The notes under the pieces: generated by a model
Told to the model about the DNA's origin: nothing
Seen by the model: only the letters and a program-made list of their open reading frames with translations
Databases searched by the model: none
IMG/VR virus record: IMGVR_UViG_3300001688_000010
Origin: a virus
Length of the DNA: 39,860 bases
Strand: one strand, 5' to 3'
Program-made: the position numbers and the translations under genes
Part shown: piece by piece, positions 23,710-33,263 of the stretch
Layout: the number at the start of each line of letters is the position of its first letter
Position numbering within the stretch: the first letter of the stretch is position 1

Positions 23710-24399
23710 ATGCCCAAGGCAAGGAACTCGAAAGTAAACGAGGCCCTTGCATTGTACCAGCAGGGCCTCAAACTAATCGAAATTGCACGGAAGCTGGACA
23801 TCCCGGAGGGAACCGTCCGACGATGGAAGTGCACCTATAAATGGGATAGCGAGCGCTCGGAACCTGAAAAACCGAACGCTCGCAAACGAGGCGGCCAGCC
23901 TGGCAACAGGAACCGGGCGGCGCCGAAGGGCAACAAGAGGGCCGAGAAGTTCGGCTTCTATTCCAAGTATCTCCCGGAGGAGACGATGGAGATCTTCGGA
24001 GAAATCCAGGACGCCGATCCGCTGGATCTGCTCTGGGACCAGATCCGCTTCTCCTACACGGCCATCCTCCGAGCGCAGCGCATCGCCTACGTCAAGGACG
24101 CCGAGGACAAGACCATCGAGAAGATCGAGGACCGCAGCGGCGCCGAGTCCTGGGGCGAGAAGTGGGAGGTGCAGCAGGCCTGGGACAAGCAGGCCAATTT
24201 CATGAAGGCCCAGGCGAGAGCCATGGACACGCTCCGGGGCCTGATCAAGCAGTACGACGAGATGCTGCATAATGACTGGGAAGCTGCCACCGAGGAGCAG
24301 AAGGTCCGGCTGCAAGCCCTAAAGGCTAAGATTAACGACGGCGCGGATCAGATCGAGAAAGTGGTGATCATCAATGACACGAACGATCCGCATCAGTGA
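23710..24399 (+). CDS. terS: Terminase small subunit
   Basis: N-terminal HTH (IEIARKLDIPEGTVRRW) and GNRNRAAPKGNKRAEKFGFYS motif typical of YjcR-like small terminases. It lies upstream of terL. Confidence 0.8.
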   Translation: MPKARNSKVNEALALYQQGLKLIEIARKLDIPEGTVRRWKCTYKWDSERSEPEKPNARKRGGQPGNRNRAAPKGNKRAEKFGFYSKYLPEETMEIFGEIQDADPLDLLWDQIRFSYTAILRAQRIAYVKDAEDKTIEKIEDRSGAESWGEKWEVQQAWDKQANFMKAQARAMDTLRGLIKQYDEMLHNDWEAATEEQKVRLQALKAKINDGADQIEKVVIINDTNDPHQ

Positions 24400-25729
24400 C
24401 CTGATCATCCGGAAGTTCTGGCCAGTCTTTAACGACCGGGACCACACTCACAAGATCCTGACCTCTGGCCGCGCCGGCACCAAATCCTCGGAGGCTGCCA
24501 TCGAGGTCGTGTATAAGATCGTTAACGAGGAGGACTGCTCTGCCGTGGTCATCCGCAAGCGGCACAACAAGCTCCGGAAGACGGTCTACAAGGAGATCAA
24601 GAGAGCCATCAAGAGGCTGGGCCTCGACGAGCGGCTGTTCAAGATCACCATCAGCCCCATGGAAATCACCTACAAGGCCAACGGGAACACCATCTACTTC
24701 ACCGGATCCGACAGCATCGACGACACCAAGGGCATCATCGACGAGAACAAGCCGATCAAGCTGGTCCTGCTGGACGAGGTCAGCGAGTTCTTCACGGATG
24801 GTGAGGGCGAGGACGAGCTCCAGAACATCGAGGCGACCTTCATCAGAGGCAACGCCGAGGGCTTCCAGATGCTCTACCTCTACAACCCGCCGAAGAACCC
24901 GAACGCGCCGGTCGTTACCTGGTGCCGGAAGATGGAGAAGCGCCCGGACTGCATCCACGTCCATGTGGACTACCGGGACGTGCCTCCGGAGTGGCTGGGC
25001 GCCAAGCTGATCGAGTCCGCCGAGATCCTCCGGGAAGTCGACGAGCGGCAGTGGCGCTGGCTCTGGCTGGGGCTCTCCATCGGCGTCGACGAATTGATCT
25101 ACTATATGTTCGGCGACGCTGCCATCGCACGACCGGAGGCCGAGGCCTACCGGATCATCGGCGTCGGCGTGGACTATGGCCAGCAGAACGCCACCACCTT
25201 CCAGGCTGCGGGCCTGAATGAGTCCAAGCGCCGGCTGGAAGGTCTGGCCGAGTATTACCACAGCGGCCGGGAGTCCGGCACGCAGAAAAGCCCGAGCGAA
25301 TACGCCAAGGACTTCGTCAAGTTCCTGGACGAGCTGCATGAGACCTACTCGTGCAGCTATTTTTATACCTTCATTGACCCGTCGGCTCGCGGTCTGATGG
25401 AGGAAATCAAACGAGCCACACGAGGCACCGGCTACACCGTGCTGATCCGTGACGCCGAGAACGAGGTGGCGCTGGGGATCTCCCGCGTGCAGAAGCTCCT
25501 CACCTTCAAGCTGCTGACCGTCTCACCAGACCAGGAGAACGCCGTCCGGGAGTTCGGTCTGTATGAGTACGACAAGGACAGTATCGAGAAGGGCCGAGAG
25601 GTGCCGGTCAAACAAGACGACCACGCCATGGACGCGATCCGCTACCTGGTCATGGGAATGTGGTCGAAAGTAAAGCACTACCTACCCGTCAGGGATAAAG
25701 AGGAGGAGCCGGAAGGAGTCATAAAATGA
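24374..25729 (+). CDS. terL: Terminase large subunit (PBSX-like)
   Basis: Walker A-like SGRAGTKSS, Walker B LVLLDEVSEF, C-terminal nuclease motif DDHAMDAIRY. Confidence 0.9.
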   Translation: MTRTIRISDLIIRKFWPVFNDRDHTHKILTSGRAGTKSSEAAIEVVYKIVNEEDCSAVVIRKRHNKLRKTVYKEIKRAIKRLGLDERLFKITISPMEITYKANGNTIYFTGSDSIDDTKGIIDENKPIKLVLLDEVSEFFTDGEGEDELQNIEATFIRGNAEGFQMLYLYNPPKNPNAPVVTWCRKMEKRPDCIHVHVDYRDVPPEWLGAKLIESAEILREVDERQWRWLWLGLSIGVDELIYYMFGDAAIARPEAEAYRIIGVGVDYGQQNATTFQAAGLNESKRRLEGLAEYYHSGRESGTQKSPSEYAKDFVKFLDELHETYSCSYFYTFIDPSARGLMEEIKRATRGTGYTVLIRDAENEVALGISRVQKLLTFKLLTVSPDQENAVREFGLYEYDKDSIEKGREVPVKQDDHAMDAIRYLVMGMWSKVKHYLPVRDKEEEPEGVIK

Positions 25730-27174
25730 ATATTTTCGAGTATTTCAAGAAGAAGGGCATCGACACCATCGACAGCTCCTTCTATAGCAAGATCGCCATG
25801 TGGGACAGCTGGTACAGGTCGAACGTGAGAAAGTTCCACCAGTTCCGCGTCTACCATGGCTCCGGGCAGTATGAGCGCTGCCACCGCAAGAGCCTCGGCA
25901 TGGCCAAGAAGATCTGCGAGGACATCAGCGACCTGCTGCTGAACGAGCGCGTCACCATCACCATCAAGGACGAGACCACTGCCAAGTACGTCCGCAGCGT
26001 CCTCGATGCTGCGAACTTCACCGTGCAGGGCAACGAGTACCAGGAGCGCAAGGCCGCCTGCGGCACCGTGGCCTATGTGCCCTACCTGACCAACACAGAG
26101 CTGGACGATCAGGGCCGCATCATCAGCGCCGACGTCAAGCTGGACTATGTGGTGGCCAGGAACATCTTCCCGACTGCCTGGGAGAACTCCAGGATCACGG
26201 AGTGCATCTTCGTCTTCCCGAAGACCTACAAGCGCAAGAAGTACGCCAACTTCCAGCACCACAAGCTGGCGCCTCTGGTCGGTGAGAACGGCGAGGATCT
26301 GGGCTATCAGTACGTCATCGAGAACACCGTCGTGGAGTGCAGCTCTGGCGCTGGCCGTGAGCTGACCCCCGAGGAGTGGAACAAGATCCCGCACTTCGAG
26401 GGTCTGGCCACCACAGTCGAGACCGGCTCCAATCGGCCCCAGTTCATCATCGACAAGCTGAACATCGCCAACAACGTCGACGAGGACGACACGAACCCGA
26501 TGGGCGTGGCCCTCTTTGCCAACAGCATCGACGTCCTGGCCAAGATCGACCTGGAGTACGACAGCTACGCCAACGAGTTCACCCTCGGCCGCAAGCGCGT
26601 CTTCGTGGCGCCTGAGATGCTGACCGACGCCAACGGCTCCCAGGTATTTGATCCGGACGACAGCGTCTTCTACACGCTGCCGGAGGACTACTTCAAGAAC
26701 ACCAAGGAAGCCATGCGCGAGGTCAACATGGAGCTGCGGATCGAGGAGCACGAGACCGCCATCAACAACGATCTGAACCTGCTGAGCTTCAAGTGCGGCT
26801 TCGGCACCCAGTATTACCGCTTCGAGCGCGGCTCAGTCGCAACGGCCACCCAGGTCATCAGCGAGAACTCCGATATGTACCGCACGATCCGCAAGCACGA
26901 GATCATTCTCCGGGACGCTCTCACCGATCTGATCCGCACGATCATCCGCCTGGGCGTGACCGCCAACGTGTCCGGCCTGGTGGAGAACACCGACATCGTG
27001 ATCGACTTCGACGACTCCATCATCGAGGACAAGCAGACCGAGCGAGCTGAGGACCGCAAGGACGTCGCCATGGGCGCCATGGGTCTGCCGGAGTACCGCG
27101 CCAAGTGGTACGGTGAGACTGAGGAGGTCGCAGCTGGAAAGCTGCCGGATCAGTCCGCTGCCGTCATGATGTAA
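25726..27174 (+). CDS. Portal protein (SPP1 gp6-like)
   Basis: 482 aa, immediately after terL. The N-terminus and overall pattern are typical of SPP1-family portals. Confidence 0.85.
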   Translation: MNIFEYFKKKGIDTIDSSFYSKIAMWDSWYRSNVRKFHQFRVYHGSGQYERCHRKSLGMAKKICEDISDLLLNERVTITIKDETTAKYVRSVLDAANFTVQGNEYQERKAACGTVAYVPYLTNTELDDQGRIISADVKLDYVVARNIFPTAWENSRITECIFVFPKTYKRKKYANFQHHKLAPLVGENGEDLGYQYVIENTVVECSSGAGRELTPEEWNKIPHFEGLATTVETGSNRPQFIIDKLNIANNVDEDDTNPMGVALFANSIDVLAKIDLEYDSYANEFTLGRKRVFVAPEMLTDANGSQVFDPDDSVFYTLPEDYFKNTKEAMREVNMELRIEEHETAINNDLNLLSFKCGFGTQYYRFERGSVATATQVISENSDMYRTIRKHEIILRDALTDLIRTIIRLGVTANVSGLVENTDIVIDFDDSIIEDKQTERAEDRKDVAMGAMGLPEYRAKWYGETEEVAAGKLPDQSAAVMM

Positions 27175-27178
27175 CCCG

Positions 27179-28492
27179 ATGGACGAGAGCTATCAGAACC
27201 TACTCGCCGCCGGAGTCGAGGCGAAATACAGAGCGCTGGAGATGTCGATCATGGACGACATCATCCGCAGGATCCAGAAGGCCGGCAGGATCACCGACGC
27301 CGCCGACTGGCAGATCCAGCGCCTGGTCATCCTGGGCAACAGCACCCAGGACATCGAGGACCTGATCCGGAGAGCCGTGGGCGGAAACGAGGAAGAAGTC
27401 CGCAGGCTCTACGCTGAGGTCATCGAGCGGGAATACACCCGCGACCGGTCGCTCTACGAGCAGATCGGCAAGGAGTTCATCCCCTACGAGCTGAACCCTG
27501 AGCTCCAGCAGATCACCGACGCCCTGGTGAAGCAATCCACCGAGGAGCTCTACAACATCACCAAGAGCACCGGCTTCATGCTGGAGAACGGCAGCGGCCG
27601 GAAGATCTTCACGCCGCTGTCTGACGTCTACAACCACTACCTGGACGACGCCATCACCGGCATGGCCAACGGCGCCTACGACTACAACACACTGGTCCGG
27701 CGCCTGGTCAGTCAGATGACGGCCTCCGGGCTCCGGACTGACCACGCCTTCAGCGATGGCGGCAGCGACTACGGCGTGGACTACGCCAGCGGCTGGCACA
27801 ATCGCGTGGACGTGGCTGCCCGGCGTGCGCTGCTCACCGGCTTCGGCCAGCTGACGCAGCACGTCACAGATCTGAACGCCCAGCGTCTGGGGACCAACTA
27901 CTTCGAGGTCACATGGCACGGAGGCGCCAGACCGGAGCACGCAGCATGGCAGGGCAAGGTCTACACCAAGGAGCAGCTGACGACCAAGTGCGGCCTGGGC
28001 ACCGGTCCGGGCCTGCTGGGCTGGAACTGCCGGCACACCTACTACCCCTTCATCCCTGGCATCAGCGAGCGCCTCTACACAGACGAGTGGCTGGAGGAGC
28101 AGAACCGCAGGGAGGCTATCCCGCGCAGCTTCCGGGGTAAGGAGTACAACGCCTACGAGGCCACCCAGAAGCAGAGACAGATGGAGACGGCCATGAGGGC
28201 CAGGCGTGAGCAGGTGCATCTCCTCCGCACTGCCGGAGCTGACAAGGAAGACATCACCATCGCCCAGTGTAAGTACCAGGCCCAGCTGGAGCAGTACCGC
28301 AGCTTCTCCGCTGCGATGGGCCTGGAGGAGCAGATGGAGCGCGTCTATACCGGCCGCACCACTGGCAGGATCTCACCGAGCCCGCAGGTCTACGCCCGCT
28401 GGCAGGCTGAGCAGATCGCCAAGGCTCAGGAACGAGCCGAGAAGCGCCGCAGAGCCGACCAGGACGCCGCTCAGAGAGGAGGAAGCACATGA
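27179..28492 (+). CDS. Head morphogenesis / minor capsid protein (MuF / SPP1 gp7-like)
   Basis: Position after the portal. WHGGARPEHAAWQGKVY..GWNCRHTYYPF motif. Confidence 0.8.
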   Translation: MDESYQNLLAAGVEAKYRALEMSIMDDIIRRIQKAGRITDAADWQIQRLVILGNSTQDIEDLIRRAVGGNEEEVRRLYAEVIEREYTRDRSLYEQIGKEFIPYELNPELQQITDALVKQSTEELYNITKSTGFMLENGSGRKIFTPLSDVYNHYLDDAITGMANGAYDYNTLVRRLVSQMTASGLRTDHAFSDGGSDYGVDYASGWHNRVDVAARRALLTGFGQLTQHVTDLNAQRLGTNYFEVTWHGGARPEHAAWQGKVYTKEQLTTKCGLGTGPGLLGWNCRHTYYPFIPGISERLYTDEWLEEQNRREAIPRSFRGKEYNAYEATQKQRQMETAMRARREQVHLLRTAGADKEDITIAQCKYQAQLEQYRSFSAAMGLEEQMERVYTGRTTGRISPSPQVYARWQAEQIAKAQERAEKRRRADQDAAQRGGST

Positions 28493-28782
28493 TCAACATC
28501 CACGTCGACGAGAACAGTCTGAGCGTCACAGGGCACGCTGAGCGGCCTGCTGGCGCACCTCCTGGCAATAACATCATCTGCGCGGCCGTGTCTTCGGTCA
28601 CGCTGACACTGATCGAGGGGCTGCGGGAGATCGCCGGCCTCCAGATCGAGGCCGTCACCGAGCCCGGCAACGTGCAGATCAAGTGGGACCGGCTGAACGA
28701 CATCGGCAAGGCCCTGATCGACACCTGGCTGCTGGGGATCTACGGGATCCAGGGCAGCTACGGAAATATCACAATAGTTTAA
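28489..28782 (+). CDS. prp: Prp-like cysteine protease (ribosomal-processing cysteine protease family)
   Basis: SVTGHAERP (catalytic His) and NIICAAVSS (catalytic Cys) match the Prp/YsxB signature. About 97 aa. It lies next to the scaffold and capsid genes. Confidence 0.8.
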   Translation: MINIHVDENSLSVTGHAERPAGAPPGNNIICAAVSSVTLTLIEGLREIAGLQIEAVTEPGNVQIKWDRLNDIGKALIDTWLLGIYGIQGSYGNITIV

Positions 28783-28872
28783 GCGCCGCAAGGTGCTTTT
28801 ATTATGGGCAGACGCCGCTCCCTAAATGCGGCGGGAATGATCACGACTCATCACAAAAACGGAGGAATAACA

Positions 28873-29496
28873 ATGCACAAGTTTTTCAACCTTCAGCTCC
28901 TGGACGACGGCGGCCAGGGCGGCGCTGGCAATGGCCAGGGCGGCAACGCCGGATCTGGCAACGGCGGCCAGGCAGGAAACGCCGGGAACAATGGCGGCAA
29001 CGCTGGCCCCAGCTACAGCTTCCAGCAGGCCGAGGAGATCGCAAACGCCAGAGCCTCTCGTGCTGAGAGGGCCGCTCTCGCTTCCTACTTCCAGCAGCAG
29101 GGTCTGAGCGAGGAGCAGATCAACCAGGCCATCGCGGACTACAAGGCCCAGCAGGCAGCGCAGAAGCCCAACGTGGACGCCATCACAAGAGAGCGCGACG
29201 AAGCTCGCGCAGAGCGTGACGCTCTGAAGAACGCCCAGACACTCCGCCAGAAGGGAGTCCGCGACGAGGACGCTGACTATGTCATGTTCAAGGCCCAGGC
29301 TCTCATGAAGGAGGACAGCAAGCTGGACTTCGACAAGGCCGTCACTAAGTTCCTGAAAGACAACCCGCGCTTTACCACTGCCGGCGGCGGATCCTACCGC
29401 GTGAAGACCGGCACGGACGGCTCCGGTGCAGGTGGCTCTGATACCAAGAGCAACTCCTTCATCAACGACGCCATCCGCAGAGCGGCGCGGAGATAA
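28873..29496 (+). CDS. Scaffolding protein with an N-terminal Prp-type leader (MHKFFNLQLL)
   Basis: ATG with a GGAGG RBS inside the listed ORF 28804..29496. G/N/Q-rich tract followed by a helical charged region. It lies upstream of the major capsid gene. Confidence 0.75.
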   Translation: MHKFFNLQLLDDGGQGGAGNGQGGNAGSGNGGQAGNAGNNGGNAGPSYSFQQAEEIANARASRAERAALASYFQQQGLSEEQINQAIADYKAQQAAQKPNVDAITRERDEARAERDALKNAQTLRQKGVRDEDADYVMFKAQALMKEDSKLDFDKAVTKFLKDNPRFTTAGGGSYRVKTGTDGSGAGGSDTKSNSFINDAIRRAARR

Positions 29497-29523
29497 CTCA
29501 CAAAATTATGGAGGTATAACCAC

Positions 29524-30498
29524 ATGAAAAAGTTCTTTAATCTTCAGCTGTTTGAGACTGACGCCCAGATCATCGACAGATCCGGCGCCGAGTCCCTGAT
29601 CCCCGAGGAGCGTGCTGCGGAAATCATCCAGGGCGCTATCGCCCAGTCCGCTGTCCTCTCCATGGGCCGCCGTCTGGCTAACATGACCGCAGCCCAGACT
29701 CGTCTCCCTGTTCTGGATGCTCTGCCTATCGCCTACTTCGTGAACGGCGACACCGGTCAGAAGAAGACCACCAAGCAGGCATGGGACAAGAAGACCATCA
29801 TCGCCGAGGAGATCGCGGTCATCGTTCCCATCCCCGAGGCTGTTCTGGACGACGCCGACTACGACATCTGGGGCGAGGTCCGTCCTCGTATCCAGGAGGC
29901 CTTCGGCCAGGTCATTGACGCCGCCATTCTGTTCGGCACTGACAAGCCCGCAACCTGGCGCGATGGTCTGGTGCCTTCCGCTACTGCTGCCGGCGCAGTG
30001 AAGCAGATCTCCGCTGATCTCTACACTGACCTGCTCGGCGAAGGCGGCACCATCTCCAAGGTGGAGGAGTCCGGCTACTTCGTGTCCGGCCATGTGGCCG
30101 ACATCGGTATGCGTGCTAAGCTGCGCGGCCTGAAGGACGGCAACGAGCGTCCTCTGTTCCTGAACTCCATGCAGCAGGCTGGCAACTACACCCTGGACGG
30201 CTCTGCCATCCAGTTCCCTCGCAATGGTGCCTTCGACAAGACCATGGCTCACATGATCTCCGGCGACTTCTCTCAGCTGGTGTACTCCATCCGCCAGGAC
30301 ATCACCTTCAAGCTGTTCACCGAGGGCGTCGTGCAGAACACTGACGGCACCATCGCCTACAACCTGATGCAGAACGACATGGTCGCTCTCCGTGCCGTAA
30401 TGCGTCTGGGCTGGGAGATCCCCAACCCTGTCAACGCTATGGCCAAGGACAAGGCGAAGCGCTTCCCCTTCGCAGTGCTGACTCCTGCCGGCGCCTAA
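29524..30498 (+). CDS. Major capsid protein (HK97 fold) with an N-terminal Prp-type leader (MKKFFNLQLF)
   Basis: 324 aa. The pattern LPVLDALPIAYFVNGDTGQKKTT..IAVIVPIPEAVLDDADYDIW is typical of HK97-family capsids. Confidence 0.88.
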   Translation: MKKFFNLQLFETDAQIIDRSGAESLIPEERAAEIIQGAIAQSAVLSMGRRLANMTAAQTRLPVLDALPIAYFVNGDTGQKKTTKQAWDKKTIIAEEIAVIVPIPEAVLDDADYDIWGEVRPRIQEAFGQVIDAAILFGTDKPATWRDGLVPSATAAGAVKQISADLYTDLLGEGGTISKVEESGYFVSGHVADIGMRAKLRGLKDGNERPLFLNSMQQAGNYTLDGSAIQFPRNGAFDKTMAHMISGDFSQLVYSIRQDITFKLFTEGVVQNTDGTIAYNLMQNDMVALRAVMRLGWEIPNPVNAMAKDKAKRFPFAVLTPAGA

Positions 30499-30517
30499 GT
30501 GAAGGAGGTACAGCCTG

Positions 30518-30943
30518 ATGTACGTCTCCCATGAATACTACAGTCAGACCTTCGGGGGCCTGCTCCCGGAGGCTGACTTCAAAAAGGCCGAGGCCAAGGC
30601 GGAGGCGGTCATCGGCTACCTGACCTATATCAACGGGGACATCTTCGCCAAAGAGGACAACCGCGTGAAGCTCGCGGTCTGCGCTGCGGCGGAGGTCGTC
30701 CATTATCACAATACCCAGGCCAGTGCAAACGGCAACCAGGCGGCAGGTGTGAAAAGCGAGACCAACGACGGCTACTCCGTGACCTACATCACGGAAGGCC
30801 AGGATGGCCAGACGGCTGAGGAACTTCTCCGGAAGAAGATCTACGAGGCCGTCCGCGTCTACCTGCTGCCGACCGGATGGCTGAGTCGGGTCCTGAAGGG
30901 AGGCTGCGGCCGTGTATGTTCAGACAGCGATCACAGTCTTTAA
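30518..30943 (+). CDS. Head-tail connector/adaptor protein candidate
   Basis: Position directly after the capsid gene, AAGGAGG RBS, size about 140 aa. Confidence 0.55.
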   Translation: MYVSHEYYSQTFGGLLPEADFKKAEAKAEAVIGYLTYINGDIFAKEDNRVKLAVCAAAEVVHYHNTQASANGNQAAGVKSETNDGYSVTYITEGQDGQTAEELLRKKIYEAVRVYLLPTGWLSRVLKGGCGRVCSDSDHSL

Positions 30944-31346
30944 TAAGCGACTGAGTGCAGACCGTCGAGAGGTCTACTTCCCGACCTGCATCCGCAGCGC
31001 GTCGTTTCTGGAAAATAAGAGCTCCGGCCACTCCACGGACGGAGCTCATTCCCAGAGCCTCGCCTACAAGCTGCGGATCCCGGCCAACGCAACGGTCCAG
31101 AACGGCCGGGGCTACGTCTCCGAGGCCGAGTATGCCCGCATGGACGACGCGGCCGCTGCTGGCTGCTGGACACTTCAGACGGGCGACTACGTCGTGCCGA
31201 TGGAGACCGCGCTGGCGGATCCCATTGACGCCGGAGCGCTGGAGGAGCTCGCAGCTCACAGCCAGCTGATCCACGTCAAGGAGTACGCTGACAACACCAT
31301 CAGAGGCTCGGCCGCCGTGAAGCACTGGCGGATCGGAGGCGAGTAA
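30912..31346 (+). CDS. Head closure / neck protein candidate
   Basis: GTG start with a GGGAGG RBS. Synteny within the connector block. Confidence 0.5.
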   Translation: MYVQTAITVFNKRLSADRREVYFPTCIRSASFLENKSSGHSTDGAHSQSLAYKLRIPANATVQNGRGYVSEAEYARMDDAAAAGCWTLQTGDYVVPMETALADPIDAGALEELAAHSQLIHVKEYADNTIRGSAAVKHWRIGGE

Positions 31347-31347
31347 A

Positions 31348-31725
31348 ATGGCGTTTAAGCCCATCACCAACCCCAGGGGCGTCATCATCCAGGGAAAGAA
31401 CGGCAAGGCCCAGCTGATCTGGAACGCCGGCTGCGCCCCGAGAATGAACGAAGTGCTCAGCAGAAAGCAGGAGATCATCGACAGCGAAGTGCTCAGGCTC
31501 TGCGCTCCGATGGTCCCTAAGCGCACCGGCGCCCTGGAGCGATCCGGCACGCTGGGCACTGTCATCGGCTCCGGCGAGGTGCAGTACATCGCACCATACG
31601 CCCGCAAGCAGTATTACAACACCAGCCAGACCCGGAGCTACGACTCCAGGCGCGGCGGTATGTGGTTCGAGAGAATGAAAACCGCACACAGAGCGCAGAT
31701 CCTGAGACTGGTCAACGGAAAGTAA
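31348..31725 (+). CDS. HK97 gp10-like head-tail joining / tail completion protein
   Basis: VPKRTGALERSG..YIAPYARKQYY resembles the gp10 family motif. Confidence 0.6.
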   Translation: MAFKPITNPRGVIIQGKNGKAQLIWNAGCAPRMNEVLSRKQEIIDSEVLRLCAPMVPKRTGALERSGTLGTVIGSGEVQYIAPYARKQYYNTSQTRSYDSRRGGMWFERMKTAHRAQILRLVNGK

Positions 31726-31737
31726 AGGAGGCCCAAC

Positions 31738-32163
31738 ATGGTCAAGTCAATCATCGAGGGCGTCGCCAACTATTTCAGGGACTGCCCTCTCCTCAGCGCC
31801 GGAGTGTTCCGCGTCGACGCCCTGGGAGATAAGCCGCAGGAGTACACCATCGAGACGGGGATCTTCAACCCCATCATCGAGACGTACATTGACGGCAGCT
31901 CCGACCGGCGTTACCAGTTCAACTTCGGCAGCCGGGAGTATTACAGCATGGACCGGCTCCAGAACATTGCCAACAGCACCTTCTACGAGGACTTCGCCAA
32001 CTGGGTCGAGGCTCAGGAGGCGGCCGGCAATTTCCCGGAGCTGCCGGAGGGTATGCACCCGGAACAGCTCAGCGTGCTCTCGTCTGGCTATATGTTCGAC
32101 GAGTCCATGAGGAACGCACGCTATCAGATCCAGTTAGAACTCATTTATCACAAGGAGGCATAA
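31738..32163 (+). CDS. Tail terminator / neck protein candidate
   Basis: Position immediately upstream of the major tail protein. AGGAGG RBS. Confidence 0.5.
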   Translation: MVKSIIEGVANYFRDCPLLSAGVFRVDALGDKPQEYTIETGIFNPIIETYIDGSSDRRYQFNFGSREYYSMDRLQNIANSTFYEDFANWVEAQEAAGNFPELPEGMHPEQLSVLSSGYMFDESMRNARYQIQLELIYHKEA

Positions 32164-32167
32164 GCAC

Positions 32168-32731
32168 ATGAAAAAGTTTGATCTTCAGCTCTTTGACGAG
32201 AGCCGTGCTGCCCTGCTTCGCAACGCCATCGCGGACTATGCCGAGATCGACGGCGCCTTCGAGCTCATGGGCACCGGCTTCACCACTCTGGACGAGAGCC
32301 CCAACGCACAGACCGACAGCGAGACCTACATCAACGAGGTCACTGCATCCACTGACATCACCAGCTACGAGACCGAGTTCGCCTACGAGTCCCGCCTGAT
32401 CCCTTCCCAGAAGGCGATCTACAAGCTCTGGAAGATGGGCCGCGATCACGCCACTGGCAGCGACGCCCAGCTGAAGTATGTCCGCGTGGAGCTGTTCAAC
32501 CCCGTCGGCGAGCCCTCTGAGACTTCCGCCGAATACACCGCCCGCCAGTTTACCGTGGCCAACGAGGTCAGCGAAAACTCTGGCGCCGGCGGCGAGAAGA
32601 TCAGCGTCACCGGCACTCTGCACGCCGTCGGCGATCCCGTCCTGGGCAAGTTCGACACCGTGGCCAAGAAGTTCACCGCCGGCGACTTCAAGGGCAAGTA
32701 CGACACCGCAGCAGCTGCGGCTCAGTCCTAA
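32168..32731 (+). CDS. Major tail (tube) protein with an N-terminal Prp-type leader (MKKFDLQLF)
   Basis: 187 aa. It is followed by a strong terminator and then the chaperone and tape-measure genes. Sequence pattern typical of siphovirus tube proteins. Confidence 0.75.
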   Translation: MKKFDLQLFDESRAALLRNAIADYAEIDGAFELMGTGFTTLDESPNAQTDSETYINEVTASTDITSYETEFAYESRLIPSQKAIYKLWKMGRDHATGSDAQLKYVRVELFNPVGEPSETSAEYTARQFTVANEVSENSGAGGEKISVTGTLHAVGDPVLGKFDTVAKKFTAGDFKGKYDTAAAAAQS

Positions 32732-32785
32732 GCAACGCAACAACTGGCTCCGCGCGACTGGCCTGATCAGGCAGTGAGCGACCAG

Positions 32786-32828
32786 GCACCAGCAGGCCAA
32801 ACGGTGCAGCCTGCTGGTGCTCTTTTTA
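32786..32828 (+). terminator. Rho-independent terminator/attenuator after the major tail gene
   Basis: Perfect 12-bp stem gcaccagcaggc/gcctgctggtgc followed by tcttttta. Confidence 0.8.
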
Positions 32829-32858
32829 TAGCGCCGACCAATGGAGGAAAACAAAATA

Positions 32859-33263
32859 ATGGAATTGATTATTAACAACGTCAAGCTCGAAGGCGATCTG
32901 ATGGACGCCGACTTCATGGAGAAGTTCGAGACGGCCATGGTTAAAATGCGCGACTCTGCTCTGGAGGCGAAGCGTCAGAGCTTCCCGACTGCTGCGGCCA
33001 ATTACCGCGCCCAGTGCGAAGTCGTCAACACCTGCTTCGACGAGATCTTCGGCGCCGGCACAGCTGTCAAGCTGTTCGGCGGCAAGATGAACGTCATGGA
33101 TCACCTCATGGCCATCGAGAAGGTCAGCGAGTGGGCCGCTGGTGAGCGCAAGGCTCTCAACGACCTCACCAACCGCTACACCCAGCGCCAGCAGAACGCC
33201 GTCCGTAATATGCAGACCGCGCAGTTCGTCTCTCAGAAGCACGGCAAGGGTAAAAAGCGCTGA
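32859..33263 (+). CDS. Tail assembly chaperone (gpG analogue). The listed ORF starts at 32841.
   Basis: Position between the major tail protein and the tape measure. GGAGG lies upstream of the ATG at 32859. Ends ..GKGKKR with an A-AAA-AAG-like slippery run. Confidence 0.7.
   Translation: MELIINNVKLEGDLMDADFMEKFETAMVKMRDSALEAKRQSFPTAAANYRAQCEVVNTCFDEIFGAGTAVKLFGGKMNVMDHLMAIEKVSEWAAGERKALNDLTNRYTQRQQNAVRNMQTAQFVSQKHGKGKKR

Noticed and set aside
28782-28802. Weak hairpin (agcgcc gcaa ggtgct plus tttat) after the Prp gene as a terminator
   Set aside because: The stem is only 6 bp with a G-U pair and the T-tract is short and interrupted. The scaffold and capsid genes downstream must be highly expressed, so it is at most a weak attenuator.
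28915-29010. AAC/GGC-rich low-complexity tract (GGQGGAGNGQGGNAGSGNGGQAGNAGNNGGNAG) considered as a second TR-like element
   Set aside because: No matching VR copy exists elsewhere in the genome. It is in frame within the scaffold protein, directly after the predicted Prp cleavage site, and is most simply a flexible linker.
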